A stretch of 15,215 bases of DNA, from IMG/VR virus record IMGVR_UViG_2778261570_000007, positions 1-15,215 of that record. One strand, 5' to 3'. The stretch comes from a virus. Its lineage: Duplodnaviria; Heunggongvirae; Uroviricota; Caudoviricetes. Position numbers and translations under genes: made by a program. Below are positions 1-7,659 of this stretch, piece after piece. Position 1 is the first letter of the stretch. Each line of letters opens with the position of its first letter. The notes below the pieces were generated by a model. It did no database searches. It was not told the origin of the DNA and saw nothing but the letters and a program-made list of their open reading frames with translations.

Positions 1-129
1 TTGAAAGCGCCTGTAACTGATGACATCAGCAGAGCGGTGGCTTTTGCCATTAAGTGGGTGGCTGTCGGTATCGCTGTGTCTCCGATTCTGTATGGGATGG
101 CAAAATTGATCATTGCTGTGAAATCGTAA
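1..129 (+). CDS. 3' end of an ORF entering from upstream of the window; hydrophobic C-terminal segment, function unknown
   Basis: Frame 1 is open from base 1 to TAA at 127-129 and translates to ...DDISRAVAFAIKWVAVGIAVSPILYGMAKLIIAVKS. The hydrophobic stretch suggests a membrane segment. No start codon is visible because the gene begins outside the window. Confidence 0.3.
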   Translation: MKAPVTDDISRAVAFAIKWVAVGIAVSPILYGMAKLIIAVKS

Positions 130-146
130 GTGGTGCGGGGGTAAAT

Positions 147-281
147 ATGCCAGATAGCATCATAAAACTAGCGAGGATTCTCTGTGTGGTTGTTGGCCTT
201 TCATTTTCAGTGATGCTGGTTGCCATTTTCATTGCTACTGCCTGGAGAGTCTTGAGCTTATCTGGATTGATTGGTGGATAG
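147..281 (+). CDS. Small single-pass membrane protein (44 aa), function unknown
   Basis: ATG at 147 is preceded by a G-rich SD-like stretch (ggtgcggggg). The product MPDSIIKLARILCVVVGLSFSVMLVAIFIATAWRVLSLSGLIGG contains one long hydrophobic helix. The tracked ORF 54..281 includes this; I prefer the internal start because of the RBS. Confidence 0.35.
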   Translation: MPDSIIKLARILCVVVGLSFSVMLVAIFIATAWRVLSLSGLIGG

Positions 282-286
282 CTGAC

Positions 287-469
287 ATGAGCCGAAAACA
301 CTGGACACACAGAGTGCCGCGAACGACGGCGAAATGGGCACTGGTAGCGATACTGGTGCCTTTTTTATTGGTGGGATGCGTCAGCCTGGATAAGGCGCGC
401 CAGCTTTTCGATACCGCTTCTCTGGTCTGTGAAATTGTCGACGGTGTTCGGCAGTGTCTGCAGAACTGA
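287..469 (+). CDS. Putative small lipoprotein (60 aa) with signal peptide and lipobox
   Basis: The product MSRKHWTHRVPRTTAKWALVAILVPFLLVGC... has a basic n-region, a hydrophobic h-region and an L-V-G-C lipobox. The mature part is about 29 aa with two further Cys. It starts 6 nt after the preceding small ORF. Confidence 0.45.
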   Translation: MSRKHWTHRVPRTTAKWALVAILVPFLLVGCVSLDKARQLFDTASLVCEIVDGVRQCLQN

Positions 470-640
470 TCGCCTGTAAGAGCAGAATATTTTGCTGAAA
501 AATGAAGGGTGCGCCAGCGTCCGGAAAGCATGAAATTCTGTGTTTGTGGCTACTCAATAAAATAAATTCTTTCTGTCGCCGCGAATACTCAAATGTTGAT
601 CAGTGCCCGGTGCGGCGACGGGCTTCGATATCAGGAGACG

Positions 641-940
641 ATGATGGAAAAAACAGAAAACAAACCGATTGTAATTGGTGCTGATGCTGCTCCGTTTAAG
701 TTTGAGTTGTCTCAACTGGTGGAGATGCGCATCAGTGATGAATGGGGTGAGGTTAAAGCCCGCGCGCAGTATGCGTATGGCGAAAACCAGTACCTGATCC
801 ACTACAAAGCAGCTGATGGTCGCGCCACGACGGAGTGGTTTGGTGAGTCAATGCTGGAAGCAACAGAAGATGATCGTCATCCTGGTTGTCCGGTATTTGC
901 TGGTATGAAATTGCCGGAAGGCGCGGTTGTTACTGAGTAA
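641..940 (+). CDS. Hypothetical soluble protein (about 99 aa) immediately upstream of cos
   Basis: Tandem ATG codons at 641 and 644 follow an aggag SD at 633-637. The ORF is in frame with tracked ORF 593..940. The product MMEKTENKPIVIGADAAPFKFELSQLVEMRISDEWGEVKARAQYAYGENQYLIHYKAADGR... is hydrophilic and I do not recognise it. Confidence 0.5.
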   Translation: MMEKTENKPIVIGADAAPFKFELSQLVEMRISDEWGEVKARAQYAYGENQYLIHYKAADGRATTEWFGESMLEATEDDRHPGCPVFAGMKLPEGAVVTE

Positions 941-1169
941 CGGGCATTACAGCAGCCCTTCTGTGTGAGGGGCTGCGATAATGCAACACAGGAATAAAAA
1001 TCGGCAGGGAAATCCGTTAAAGATATGCCGGTGGCGAAAGGATGCCAATGGCTCCTAACCTAACTCGATGTTTCGTTGAAAGCAATAAATCATGTTGCTG
1101 GAATGTGAATGAATGTTGTTTCCATGATGCGTGTCATGTTATGCGCATCCGATATGCAAACCATTCCTA

Positions 1170-1380
1170 TTTTCACGGGTCCTTTCCAGAACCTGAAATA
1201 CCGGGGGTCTGGGGACGCGCAAAAACGCGCTATTTATGAAAATTTTCAGGGAAAAAGCAGATCCGTTCTTCTTCTGGCTAACCTGTTGTTTAATAGAGTT
1301 TTCTTAAAAAAAAGAAAGGATCTGGCAGCGGTGATTTTTCGCTGAAAAAAGCGTTTTGAGATCCTTTCTTCTTTTTGTGA
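1170..1380. promoter_or_regulatory. cos: Lambda-type cohesive-end site (cosQ, cosN, cosB with R3, IHF site, R2, R1)
   Basis: cacgggtcctttcc (1174-1187) matches the lambda right-end sequence ACGGGTCCTTTCC. The cosN-like element gggtctggggac lies at about 1205-1216. It is followed by cgctatttatgaaaattttc (1228-1247), nearly identical to lambda positions about 25-45. ccgttcttcttc (1263-1274) is R3-like. aaagaaaggatct (about 1310-1322) and agatcctttcttc (about 1360-1372) are inverted R2/R1-like repeats. The Nu1 start follows at 1393, as in lambda. Confidence 0.75.
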
Positions 1381-1392
1381 GGAATATGTGCC

Positions 1393-1941
1393 GTGAAGGT
1401 TAACAAAAAGAAACTGGCGGAAATTTTTGAGTGCGATGTCAGAACAATCACTGGCTGGCAAAGTCAGGGGCTGAGAGTTTTGTCGGGGGGAGGCAAAGGT
1501 ATCGAAGCCATGTTCAATACTGCAGAAGCCATTGAGTGGTATGCGCAGCGGGAAAAAGATATCGAAAACGAAAAGCTCCGCAAAGAACTGGAAGATTTGC
1601 GTGCGACTGCAGAATCAGATTTACAACCCGGCACCATTGACTATGAACGCTACCGGTTAACCAAAGCACAGGCTGACGCACAGGAGCTGAAAAATGCCCG
1701 TGAAGAAGGGCTGGTGCTGGAAACGGAATTGTTTACCTTCATTCTGCAACGTGTGGCACAGGAGATTTCGGGGATACTTGTACGTGTGCCGCTGACATTA
1801 CAGCGTAAATATCCGGATATTTCACCGTCACACCTTGATGTGGTGAAAACTGAAATCGCGAAAGCCTCCAATGTTGCAGCTAAAGCCGGTGAAAACGTGG
1901 GCAGGTGGATTGATGATTTCAGACGCACAGAAGGCAGCTAA
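1393..1941 (+). CDS. nu1: Terminase small subunit (lambda Nu1 family)
   Basis: GTG start with gagga SD upstream. The N-terminus [70 protein letters not shown] closely parallels lambda Nu1 (MEVNKKQLADIF...GGGKG...ENEKLRREVEELR). It sits immediately downstream of cosB. Confidence 0.9.
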   Translation: MKVNKKKLAEIFECDVRTITGWQSQGLRVLSGGGKGIEAMFNTAEAIEWYAQREKDIENEKLRKELEDLRATAESDLQPGTIDYERYRLTKAQADAQELKNAREEGLVLETELFTFILQRVAQEISGILVRVPLTLQRKYPDISPSHLDVVKTEIAKASNVAAKAGENVGRWIDDFRRTEGS

Positions 1942-3829
1942 TGCAGCCGGTGCGATAGCTACAGGGCTTTTATCTCTCAATATTCCGGTTCCACTGACGA
2001 CAGTTCAGTGGGCTGATAAACATTATTATCTGCCGAAAGAATCTTCATATACCCCCGGACAATGGGAAACCCTGCCGTTTCAGGTTGCCATTATGAACAG
2101 CATGGGAAATGACCGGATCCGCACCGTTAATCTGATTAAATCGGCGCGCGTTGGTTACACCAAAATGCTGTTGGGGGTGGAGGCTTATTTTATTGAGCAT
2201 AAATCCCGTAACAGTCTGCTTTTTCAGCCAACAGATTCTGCTGCAGAAGATTTCATGAAATCTCATGTTGAGCCCACGATAAGGGATGTCCCTGCATTGC
2301 TGGAGCTGGCTCCATGGTTCGGAAGAAAGCACCGCGATAATACACTCACCCTGAAGCGTTTTTCCTCCGGTGTGGGTTTCTGGTGCCTTGGCGGCGCCGC
2401 TGCTAAAAACTACCGTGAAAAATCTGTGGATGTGGTCTGCTATGACGAACTCTCCTCGTTTGAACCGGATGTGGAAAAAGAAGGTTCGCCGACGCTGCTT
2501 GGCGATAAGCGTATCGAAGGCTCGGTATGGCCTAAATCCATACGTGGCTCAACGCCAAAAATTAAAGGCACCTGCCAGATTGAGAAAGCCGCAAATGAAT
2601 CAGCGCATTTCATGCGGTTTTATGTCCCTTGCCCTCATTGCGGGGAGGCCCAGTATCTGAAGTTTGGCGATGATGCGACGCCATTTGGCCTGAAATGGGA
2701 GAAGGGTAAACCGGAAACGGTGTATTACCTGTGTGAACATAATGGCTGTGTGATCCGGCAGTCGGAACTTGACCAGACCGACGGGCGCTGGATTTGTGAC
2801 AATACCGGGATGTGGACGCGCGACGGCCTGGCATTTTACAGCGCCGGCGATGAGGAGATGCCACCGCCGCGCTCCGTCACTTTCCACATCTGGACGGCGT
2901 ACAGTCCGTTCACCACCTGGGTACAGATTGTTTATGACTGGCTGGATGCGCTGAAGGATCCGAACGGTGTTAAGACGTTTATTAACACCACGCTCGGGGA
3001 GCCCTATGAAGAGGCCGTGGCAGAAAAACTGAGCTTTGAGTTGTTGCTGGAAAAAGTCTGCCACTATGGCGCGCAGGTTCCCCTGCGGGTGGTTTACCTG
3101 ACCGCAGGGATCGACTCCCAGAAAGATCGCTATGAAATTTATGTCTGGGGCTGGGCTCCCGGCGAAGAAGCCTTTCTGATTGATAAGCAAATTATCATGG
3201 GGCGACCGGAAGACGAGGACACCCTTAAACGTGTTGATACGGTGATCCGGAAAAAATATCGTCATGCTGACGGTACTGAAATTTCCATTTCCCGTGTCTG
3301 CTGGGATACCGGTGGTATCGACCAGGACATTGTGTATCAGCGTTCCAGGAAACACGGCACTTTTTTTGTGCTTCCCATAAAAGGGGCATCGGTGTACGGC
3401 AAGCCGGTGATCACCATGCCCAAAAAGCGCAACCAGCGTGGTGTGTTTTTGTGTGAGGTGGGCTCCGATACCGTCAAGGAAATGCTGTACGCCCGTTTTG
3501 CCCTGCCGGTGGTCTCTGCCAGTGAAGCCGCCCCGTATACCTTCCGTTTTCCGGATAACCCCGACATTTTTTCGGAAGAAGAGGCGCGTCAGATCGTGGC
3601 GGAAGAGCTGGTGGAGAAGGTGGTTAATGGCAGGGTGAAACTGCTGTGGGATAAAAAAGGGCGACGCAACGAAGCCCTCGACTGCCTGGTATATGCCTAT
3701 GCTGCCCTGCGTATTTCAGTTCAGCGGTGGCAGCTGGATCTTGAAGCACTGGCCCGTGCCAGAAGAGATGAGCAGGACGACGATGAGATGAGTCTGGAAG
3801 AAATCGCGGCTGCACTGAGTGGAGGATAA
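1913..3829 (+). CDS. A: Terminase large subunit (lambda gpA family; ATPase and endonuclease)
   Basis: Long colinear similarity to lambda gpA, for example [25 protein letters not shown], a P-loop-like [54 protein letters not shown] and [20 protein letters not shown] prefer the ATG at 1913 (aggtgg SD at 1903-1908; about 29-nt overlap with Nu1, similar to lambda) over the tracked 1871 start. Confidence 0.92.
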   Translation: MISDAQKAANAAGAIATGLLSLNIPVPLTTVQWADKHYYLPKESSYTPGQWETLPFQVAIMNSMGNDRIRTVNLIKSARVGYTKMLLGVEAYFIEHKSRNSLLFQPTDSAAEDFMKSHVEPTIRDVPALLELAPWFGRKHRDNTLTLKRFSSGVGFWCLGGAAAKNYREKSVDVVCYDELSSFEPDVEKEGSPTLLGDKRIEGSVWPKSIRGSTPKIKGTCQIEKAANESAHFMRFYVPCPHCGEAQYLKFGDDATPFGLKWEKGKPETVYYLCEHNGCVIRQSELDQTDGRWICDNTGMWTRDGLAFYSAGDEEMPPPRSVTFHIWTAYSPFTTWVQIVYDWLDALKDPNGVKTFINTTLGEPYEEAVAEKLSFELLLEKVCHYGAQVPLRVVYLTAGIDSQKDRYEIYVWGWAPGEEAFLIDKQIIMGRPEDEDTLKRVDTVIRKKYRHADGTEISISRVCWDTGGIDQDIVYQRSRKHGTFFVLPIKGASVYGKPVITMPKKRNQRGVFLCEVGSDTVKEMLYARFALPVVSASEAAPYTFRFPDNPDIFSEEEARQIVAEELVEKVVNGRVKLLWDKKGRRNEALDCLVYAYAALRISVQRWQLDLEALARARRDEQDDDEMSLEEIAAALSGG

Positions 3830-3832
3830 AGA

Positions 3833-4042
3833 ATGGTTTATACGCATGAAATGCTTTGTGATGCCCGACGGGCATTACATGAACTGATGATCGGACGTGC
3901 TGTGGTTTCCGTCAGCAAGGACGGGCGTCAGGTTCAGTATTCGCGGGCGACGATTGGTGAACTGCGTCAGTATATTGAAGAGCTGGAAAGTGCGCTGGGT
4001 GTATCCGGACGGCGTCGCGGCCCGGCAGGAGTGGGGCTGTGA
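3833..4042 (+). CDS. W: Head completion / DNA stabilisation protein (lambda gpW family)
   Basis: 69 aa with a ggagga SD. ARRALHELMIGRAVVSVSKDGRQVQYSRATIGELRQYIEELE...RRRGPAG parallels lambda W (AARAALHDLMTGKRV..QKDGRRV...YIAELE...RRRGPAG). Confidence 0.85.
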   Translation: MVYTHEMLCDARRALHELMIGRAVVSVSKDGRQVQYSRATIGELRQYIEELESALGVSGRRRGPAGVGL

Positions 4043-5610
4043 ACAGGGAACTGGTGGATCTTCACGGGCAGCCACTGCGGCAGAGTATGGGGTATTCCGG
4101 AGGGGGTACCGGATTTGGCGGGCAGCTTGCGGAATGGTTGCCTGCACCGGAAAGTGCCGACGTGGCGCTCTTACCTTCCATTCAGCTGGGTAACGCCCGT
4201 GCGGATGATCTGGTCCGTAACAACGGTATTGCCGCAAATGCAGTGGAAATTCATAAAGACCATATCGTCGGGCACATGTTTCGTCTGAGCTACCGGCCCA
4301 ACTGGCGCTGGCTGGGGATGTCGGAAGCTGATTCGCATGCCTTTATTGAAGATGTGGAGGCGGCGTGGATGGAATATTGCGATCCGGTGTTTGGTTCGAT
4401 GGATGTGGAAGGGCGTCGCTCGTTTACCGAATTTATTCGTGAAGGGGTGGGGGTCCATACGTTTAACGGTGAAATTTTTGTCCAGCCCGTATGGGATACG
4501 GAATCCACGTCATTATTCAGAACAAAATTCAAGACCATCAGTCCGAAGCGCGTCAGCACGCCCGGTTATGGTACCGGCGATCGTTTTATGCGTGCCGGAG
4601 TGGAAATCAACCGTTACGGAAAGGCGATGGCTTATCATGTTCAGGACGATGACTGGCCTGGTTACGGTGTCAGCAACTGGACACGGATTGCGGCGACGCT
4701 GCCCTCCGGGCGACCGGGAATGATCCATGTGTTTCAGCCGCAGGAGGACGGACAGACGCGCGGGGCCAACCAGTTTTATTCCGTGATGGAGCGCCTCAAG
4801 ATGCTCGACACACTGCAGGCCACGCAACTGCAGTCGGCGGTGGTGCGGGCGATGTATGCCGCGACGATTGAATCCACTCTGGATTCAGAAAAAGCATTTG
4901 AATATATCGCCGGGGTGGGAGATGGCGGTAAAAATCCCCTGAACACCATCATGAAAGGCTACGCGCGTTATTACGCCACCAATACGGTAAAGCTGGGCGG
5001 GGTCCGTATTCCGCATCTTTATCCGGGGGATTCACTGAATCTGCAGACAGCGCAGAATGCAGATAATGGTTTCTCTGAACTGGAAAAGGCGCTGTTACGT
5101 TACATTGCTGCCGGGCTGGGGGTGTCCTATGAACAGCTTTCCCGTGATTATTCACAGGTCAGTTATTCCAGTGCCAGGGCATCCGCCAATGAGTCGTGGC
5201 GGTATTTTATGGGCAAACGAAAATTTGTGGCCAGCCGACTGGCATCACAGATGTTTGCCTGCTGGCTGGAGGAAGCTCTTATTCGCGGTGTGATCCGCCC
5301 GCCGAAATCCCGTTTTTCATTCTGGGAGGCCCGTTCCGGATGGTGTCGTGCCGAGTGGATTGGTGCCGGTCGCATGGCGATTGATGGCCTTAAGGAAGTG
5401 CAGGAGGCGGTGATGCGTATTGAAGGTGGCCTGAGCACGTACGAGAAAGAGCTGGCCCTGATGGGCGATGACTATCAGGAGATTTTCCGCCAGCAACTGC
5501 GTGAAAGCCAGGAGCGACAGGCAGCGGGTCTTCCCCGCCCCATCTGGATAAAGGACACGTTTCAGCAGCAGATCCGACAGACAACGGGAGAAAATGGCGA
5601 TGCGTCGTAA
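4039..5610 (+). CDS. B: Portal protein (lambda gpB family)
   Basis: GTG start overlapping the W stop by 4 nt, as in lambda. Extensive similarity to lambda gpB, for example GNARADDLVRNNG, FNGEIFVQPVWDT, GQTRGANQFYSVMERLKMLDTLQATQLQSA, LRYIAAGLGVSYEQLSR and MAIDGLKEVQEAVMRIEGGLSTYEKE. Confidence 0.92.
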   Translation: MNRELVDLHGQPLRQSMGYSGGGTGFGGQLAEWLPAPESADVALLPSIQLGNARADDLVRNNGIAANAVEIHKDHIVGHMFRLSYRPNWRWLGMSEADSHAFIEDVEAAWMEYCDPVFGSMDVEGRRSFTEFIREGVGVHTFNGEIFVQPVWDTESTSLFRTKFKTISPKRVSTPGYGTGDRFMRAGVEINRYGKAMAYHVQDDDWPGYGVSNWTRIAATLPSGRPGMIHVFQPQEDGQTRGANQFYSVMERLKMLDTLQATQLQSAVVRAMYAATIESTLDSEKAFEYIAGVGDGGKNPLNTIMKGYARYYATNTVKLGGVRIPHLYPGDSLNLQTAQNADNGFSELEKALLRYIAAGLGVSYEQLSRDYSQVSYSSARASANESWRYFMGKRKFVASRLASQMFACWLEEALIRGVIRPPKSRFSFWEARSGWCRAEWIGAGRMAIDGLKEVQEAVMRIEGGLSTYEKELALMGDDYQEIFRQQLRESQERQAAGLPRPIWIKDTFQQQIRQTTGENGDAS

Positions 5611-7216
5611 TTTATCGCATATTGCCGCCATGGCATTTAATGAGCCGCTTTTACTGGAACCCGCCTATGCGCGGGTTTTCTTTTGCGCGCTGGGTAAAGA
5701 GATGGGAGCCGGCAGCCTTGCCGTTCCTCAGCAGGCTGTTCAGCTTGATGCTGATGGTATGCAACTGGCTGTGACTGACTATATGGCGGGCGGTCAGCGT
5801 CCGGCAAAGAGTTACCAGGTGAAGAATGGCATCGCCATTCTTCCGGTGAGCGGCACGCTGGTGCATAAACTGGGTACCCTGCGGCCTTACTCCGGCATGA
5901 CTGGCTATGACGGCCTGACGGCCCGCCTTCAGATGGCGGTGAATGATCCGGATGTGCGCGGCATTTTGCTGGATATCGACAGCCCGGGCGGTCAGGCTGC
6001 CGGGGCGTTTGACTGTGCTGACATGATTTACCGTCTGCGGGAACAGAAGCCCGTGTGGGCGCTGTGTAATGACATGGCCTGTTCAGCCGCCATGTTGCTG
6101 GCGGCAGCCTGTACCCGTCGGCTGGTCACGCAGACGGCAAAAATTGGTTCGATTGGCGTGATGATGGCGCACACCAGTTACGAGAAACAACTGGCACAGG
6201 AAGGGGTGGACATCACGCTGATTTACTCCGGGCAGCATAAGGTTGACGGCAACAGTATTCAGGCATTGCCGGCAGGTGTGCGTGCAGATTTTCAGCGCCG
6301 TATTGATGAGGCCCGCCGGATGTTTGTCGACAAGGTGGCGCTTTATACGGGGCTGAGTTCAGAGGCGGTGATGAATACCGAGGCTGCCGTTTATGACGGT
6401 CAGGCAGGCATTGATGCAGGCCTGGCTGATCAACTGATTAATGCTGCAGATGCCGTTGAAGTGATGGTTTCTGCACTGAATGACTCTGTTACGAAGGAGA
6501 ATACAATGACTGTTAAAAATCTCACCGTTGCTGAAGCGGTGGCCCAGGAAAATCAGCGCGTGATGGGGATCCTGAATTGTCAGGAGGCGAAAGGGCGCGA
6601 GCAACTGGCGCAAATGCTGGCAGGTCAGCCAGGAATGACGGTTGAGCAGGCGAAAACGTTGCTTGCAGCTGCGCCGGTTGCCGGTACTGACAGCACGGGC
6701 GATCAGATTATGGGGCTGCCGGAAGCAAAGGGGCGTGAGCAACTGGCACAGATGCTGGCAGGTCAGCCGGGGATGACGGTGGAGCAGGCGAAAGCGTTTC
6801 TGGCGGCAGCCCCTGCTGCTGGTGCTGCAGGCACAGGCGATCAGATTATGGCGTTACCGGAAGCAAAAGGGCGTGAACAACTCGCGCAGGCGCTGGCTGA
6901 ACAGCCGGGAATGACCGTTGACCAGGCCAAAACGTTACTGGCGGCGGCACCGGTTGCGGGTTCTGCAAGTGTCGGCGATCAGATTATGGCGCTGCCGGAG
7001 GCAAAAGGGCGCGAGCAACTTGCACAGGCACTGACAGAACAACCGGGAATGACGGTGGCGCAGGCGAAAACGCTGCTGGCAGCCGCGCCGGCGGCATCGC
7101 AACCGTCACAGGAAACACTTTTTGATCGCTTTATGGCACAGCATGCTGCCAGTGCGGTTTCCGGTGGCGGAACTGCCGGGCGCGGGGAGGAAGACCTGCT
7201 GATGAGTATGCCGTAA
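5594..7216 (+). CDS. C: Capsid maturation protease (S49/ClpP-like, lambda gpC family) with an expanded C-terminal scaffold domain
   Basis: Overlaps B by 17 nt. The N-terminus HIAAMAFNEPLLLEPAYARVFFCAL matches lambda C (HIASMAFNEPLMLEPAYARVFFCAL). Protease-core motifs include PYSGMTGY, ILLDIDSPGG, VWALCNDMACSAA and RRLVTQTAKIGSIGVMMAH. At 540 aa it is about 100 aa longer than lambda C because of internal tandem repeats. Confidence 0.9.
   Translation: MAMRRNLSHIAAMAFNEPLLLEPAYARVFFCALGKEMGAGSLAVPQQAVQLDADGMQLAVTDYMAGGQRPAKSYQVKNGIAILPVSGTLVHKLGTLRPYSGMTGYDGLTARLQMAVNDPDVRGILLDIDSPGGQAAGAFDCADMIYRLREQKPVWALCNDMACSAAMLLAAACTRRLVTQTAKIGSIGVMMAHTSYEKQLAQEGVDITLIYSGQHKVDGNSIQALPAGVRADFQRRIDEARRMFVDKVALYTGLSSEAVMNTEAAVYDGQAGIDAGLADQLINAADAVEVMVSALNDSVTKENTMTVKNLTVAEAVAQENQRVMGILNCQEAKGREQLAQMLAGQPGMTVEQAKTLLAAAPVAGTDSTGDQIMGLPEAKGREQLAQMLAGQPGMTVEQAKAFLAAAPAAGAAGTGDQIMALPEAKGREQLAQALAEQPGMTVDQAKTLLAAAPVAGSASVGDQIMALPEAKGREQLAQALTEQPGMTVAQAKTLLAAAPAASQPSQETLFDRFMAQHAASAVSGGGTAGRGEEDLLMSMP
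6506..7216 (+). CDS. nu3: Putative Nu3-like scaffolding protein from an internal in-frame start within C
   Basis: A strong SD aaggaga (6494-6500) precedes an in-frame ATG at 6506 (MTVKNLTVAEAVAQENQRVMGILNC...). In lambda, Nu3 is nested in-frame in the 3' part of C. Internal initiation here is inferred, not demonstrated. Confidence 0.5.
   Translation: MTVKNLTVAEAVAQENQRVMGILNCQEAKGREQLAQMLAGQPGMTVEQAKTLLAAAPVAGTDSTGDQIMGLPEAKGREQLAQMLAGQPGMTVEQAKAFLAAAPAAGAAGTGDQIMALPEAKGREQLAQALAEQPGMTVDQAKTLLAAAPVAGSASVGDQIMALPEAKGREQLAQALTEQPGMTVAQAKTLLAAAPAASQPSQETLFDRFMAQHAASAVSGGGTAGRGEEDLLMSMP
6584..7135 (+). repeat. In-frame tandem repeat, four copies of 138 bp (46 aa), inside the C/Nu3 coding region
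   Basis: Unit starts at 6584, 6722, 6860 and 6998 (period exactly 138 nt). Each encodes about EAKGREQLAQMLAGQPGMTVEQAKTLLAAAPVAG-x6-GDQIMALP. Copies differ by point substitutions and the last copy diverges at its 3' end. Confidence 0.85.
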
Positions 7217-7254
7217 GCGATATCCGGAATTCAGATAAATCAGGAGGCTGAAAA

Positions 7255-7590
7255 ATGATTAAAACCACCACGGAAAAGCGTGCAGATGTGCGCATTTTTG
7301 CCGGAAGCGATCCGGCGCATACCGCAACAGCCACCAGTGGTATCAGTGCTGCCACACCTGCACTGACGCCACTGATGGTGGATGACGCCACCGGAAAACT
7401 GGTTGTCTGGGATGGTCAGAAAGCCGGAACGGCTGTGGGTGTGCTGGCTCTGGCGCTTGCCGGGACCGAGCCCATGCTGACGTACTACAAAAGCGGTACG
7501 TTTGCCACTGAGTCGCTGGTCTGGCCTGGTTCGGTGGATGCGGTGAAAAAAGCCAACGCATTTGTGGGAAGTGCCATCAGCCACGCCTGA
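7255..7590 (+). CDS. D: Head decoration protein (lambda gpD family)
   Basis: 111 aa with a caggagg SD. [38 protein letters not shown]...[15 protein letters not shown]...AFVGSAIS parallels lambda gpD ([27 protein letters not shown]...KLVAWDG...FYKSGTF...AFAGTAIS). Confidence 0.9.
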   Translation: [111 protein letters not shown]

Positions 7591-7612
7591 TGGTGAAGTG
7601 ATTAACTGAAAA

Positions 7613-7642
7613 AACGGGTCGCGATGCGGCCCGTTTGTGTTT
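7613..7642 (+). terminator. Stem-loop with U-rich tail between D and E (candidate partial terminator or mRNA-stabilising hairpin)
   Basis: aacgggtcgc (7613-7622), loop gat, gcggcccgtt (7626-7635): a 10-bp stem including one G-U pair, followed by tgtgttt. It lies 18-47 nt upstream of the E start. Confidence 0.4.
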
Positions 7643-7659
7643 CTGAAGGAAAATAAATT

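Noticed and set aside
953-975. Stem-loop cagccc / gggctg downstream of the 99-aa gene as a terminator
   Set aside because: The loop is 11 nt and there is no downstream U-run, so it is not a convincing intrinsic terminator.
1042-1239. 65-aa ORF on the + strand spanning the cos region
   Set aside because: It overlaps the cosQ and cosN elements, has no convincing RBS and its Cys/His-rich product looks like chance translation of a regulatory region.
2600-3355. 251-aa ORF on the minus strand
   Set aside because: It lies entirely antisense to the terminase large subunit gene, whose + strand reading frame is strongly supported by lambda gpA-like motifs. Long antisense ORFs are common in GC-biased coding sequence. 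There is no RBS or recognisable product.
6584-7135. Possible CRISPR-like array or non-coding satellite suggested by regular repeats
   Set aside because: The repeats are 138 nt, contiguous with no spacers, preserve an open reading frame and encode a conserved scaffold motif. They are coding tandem duplications, not a CRISPR array.
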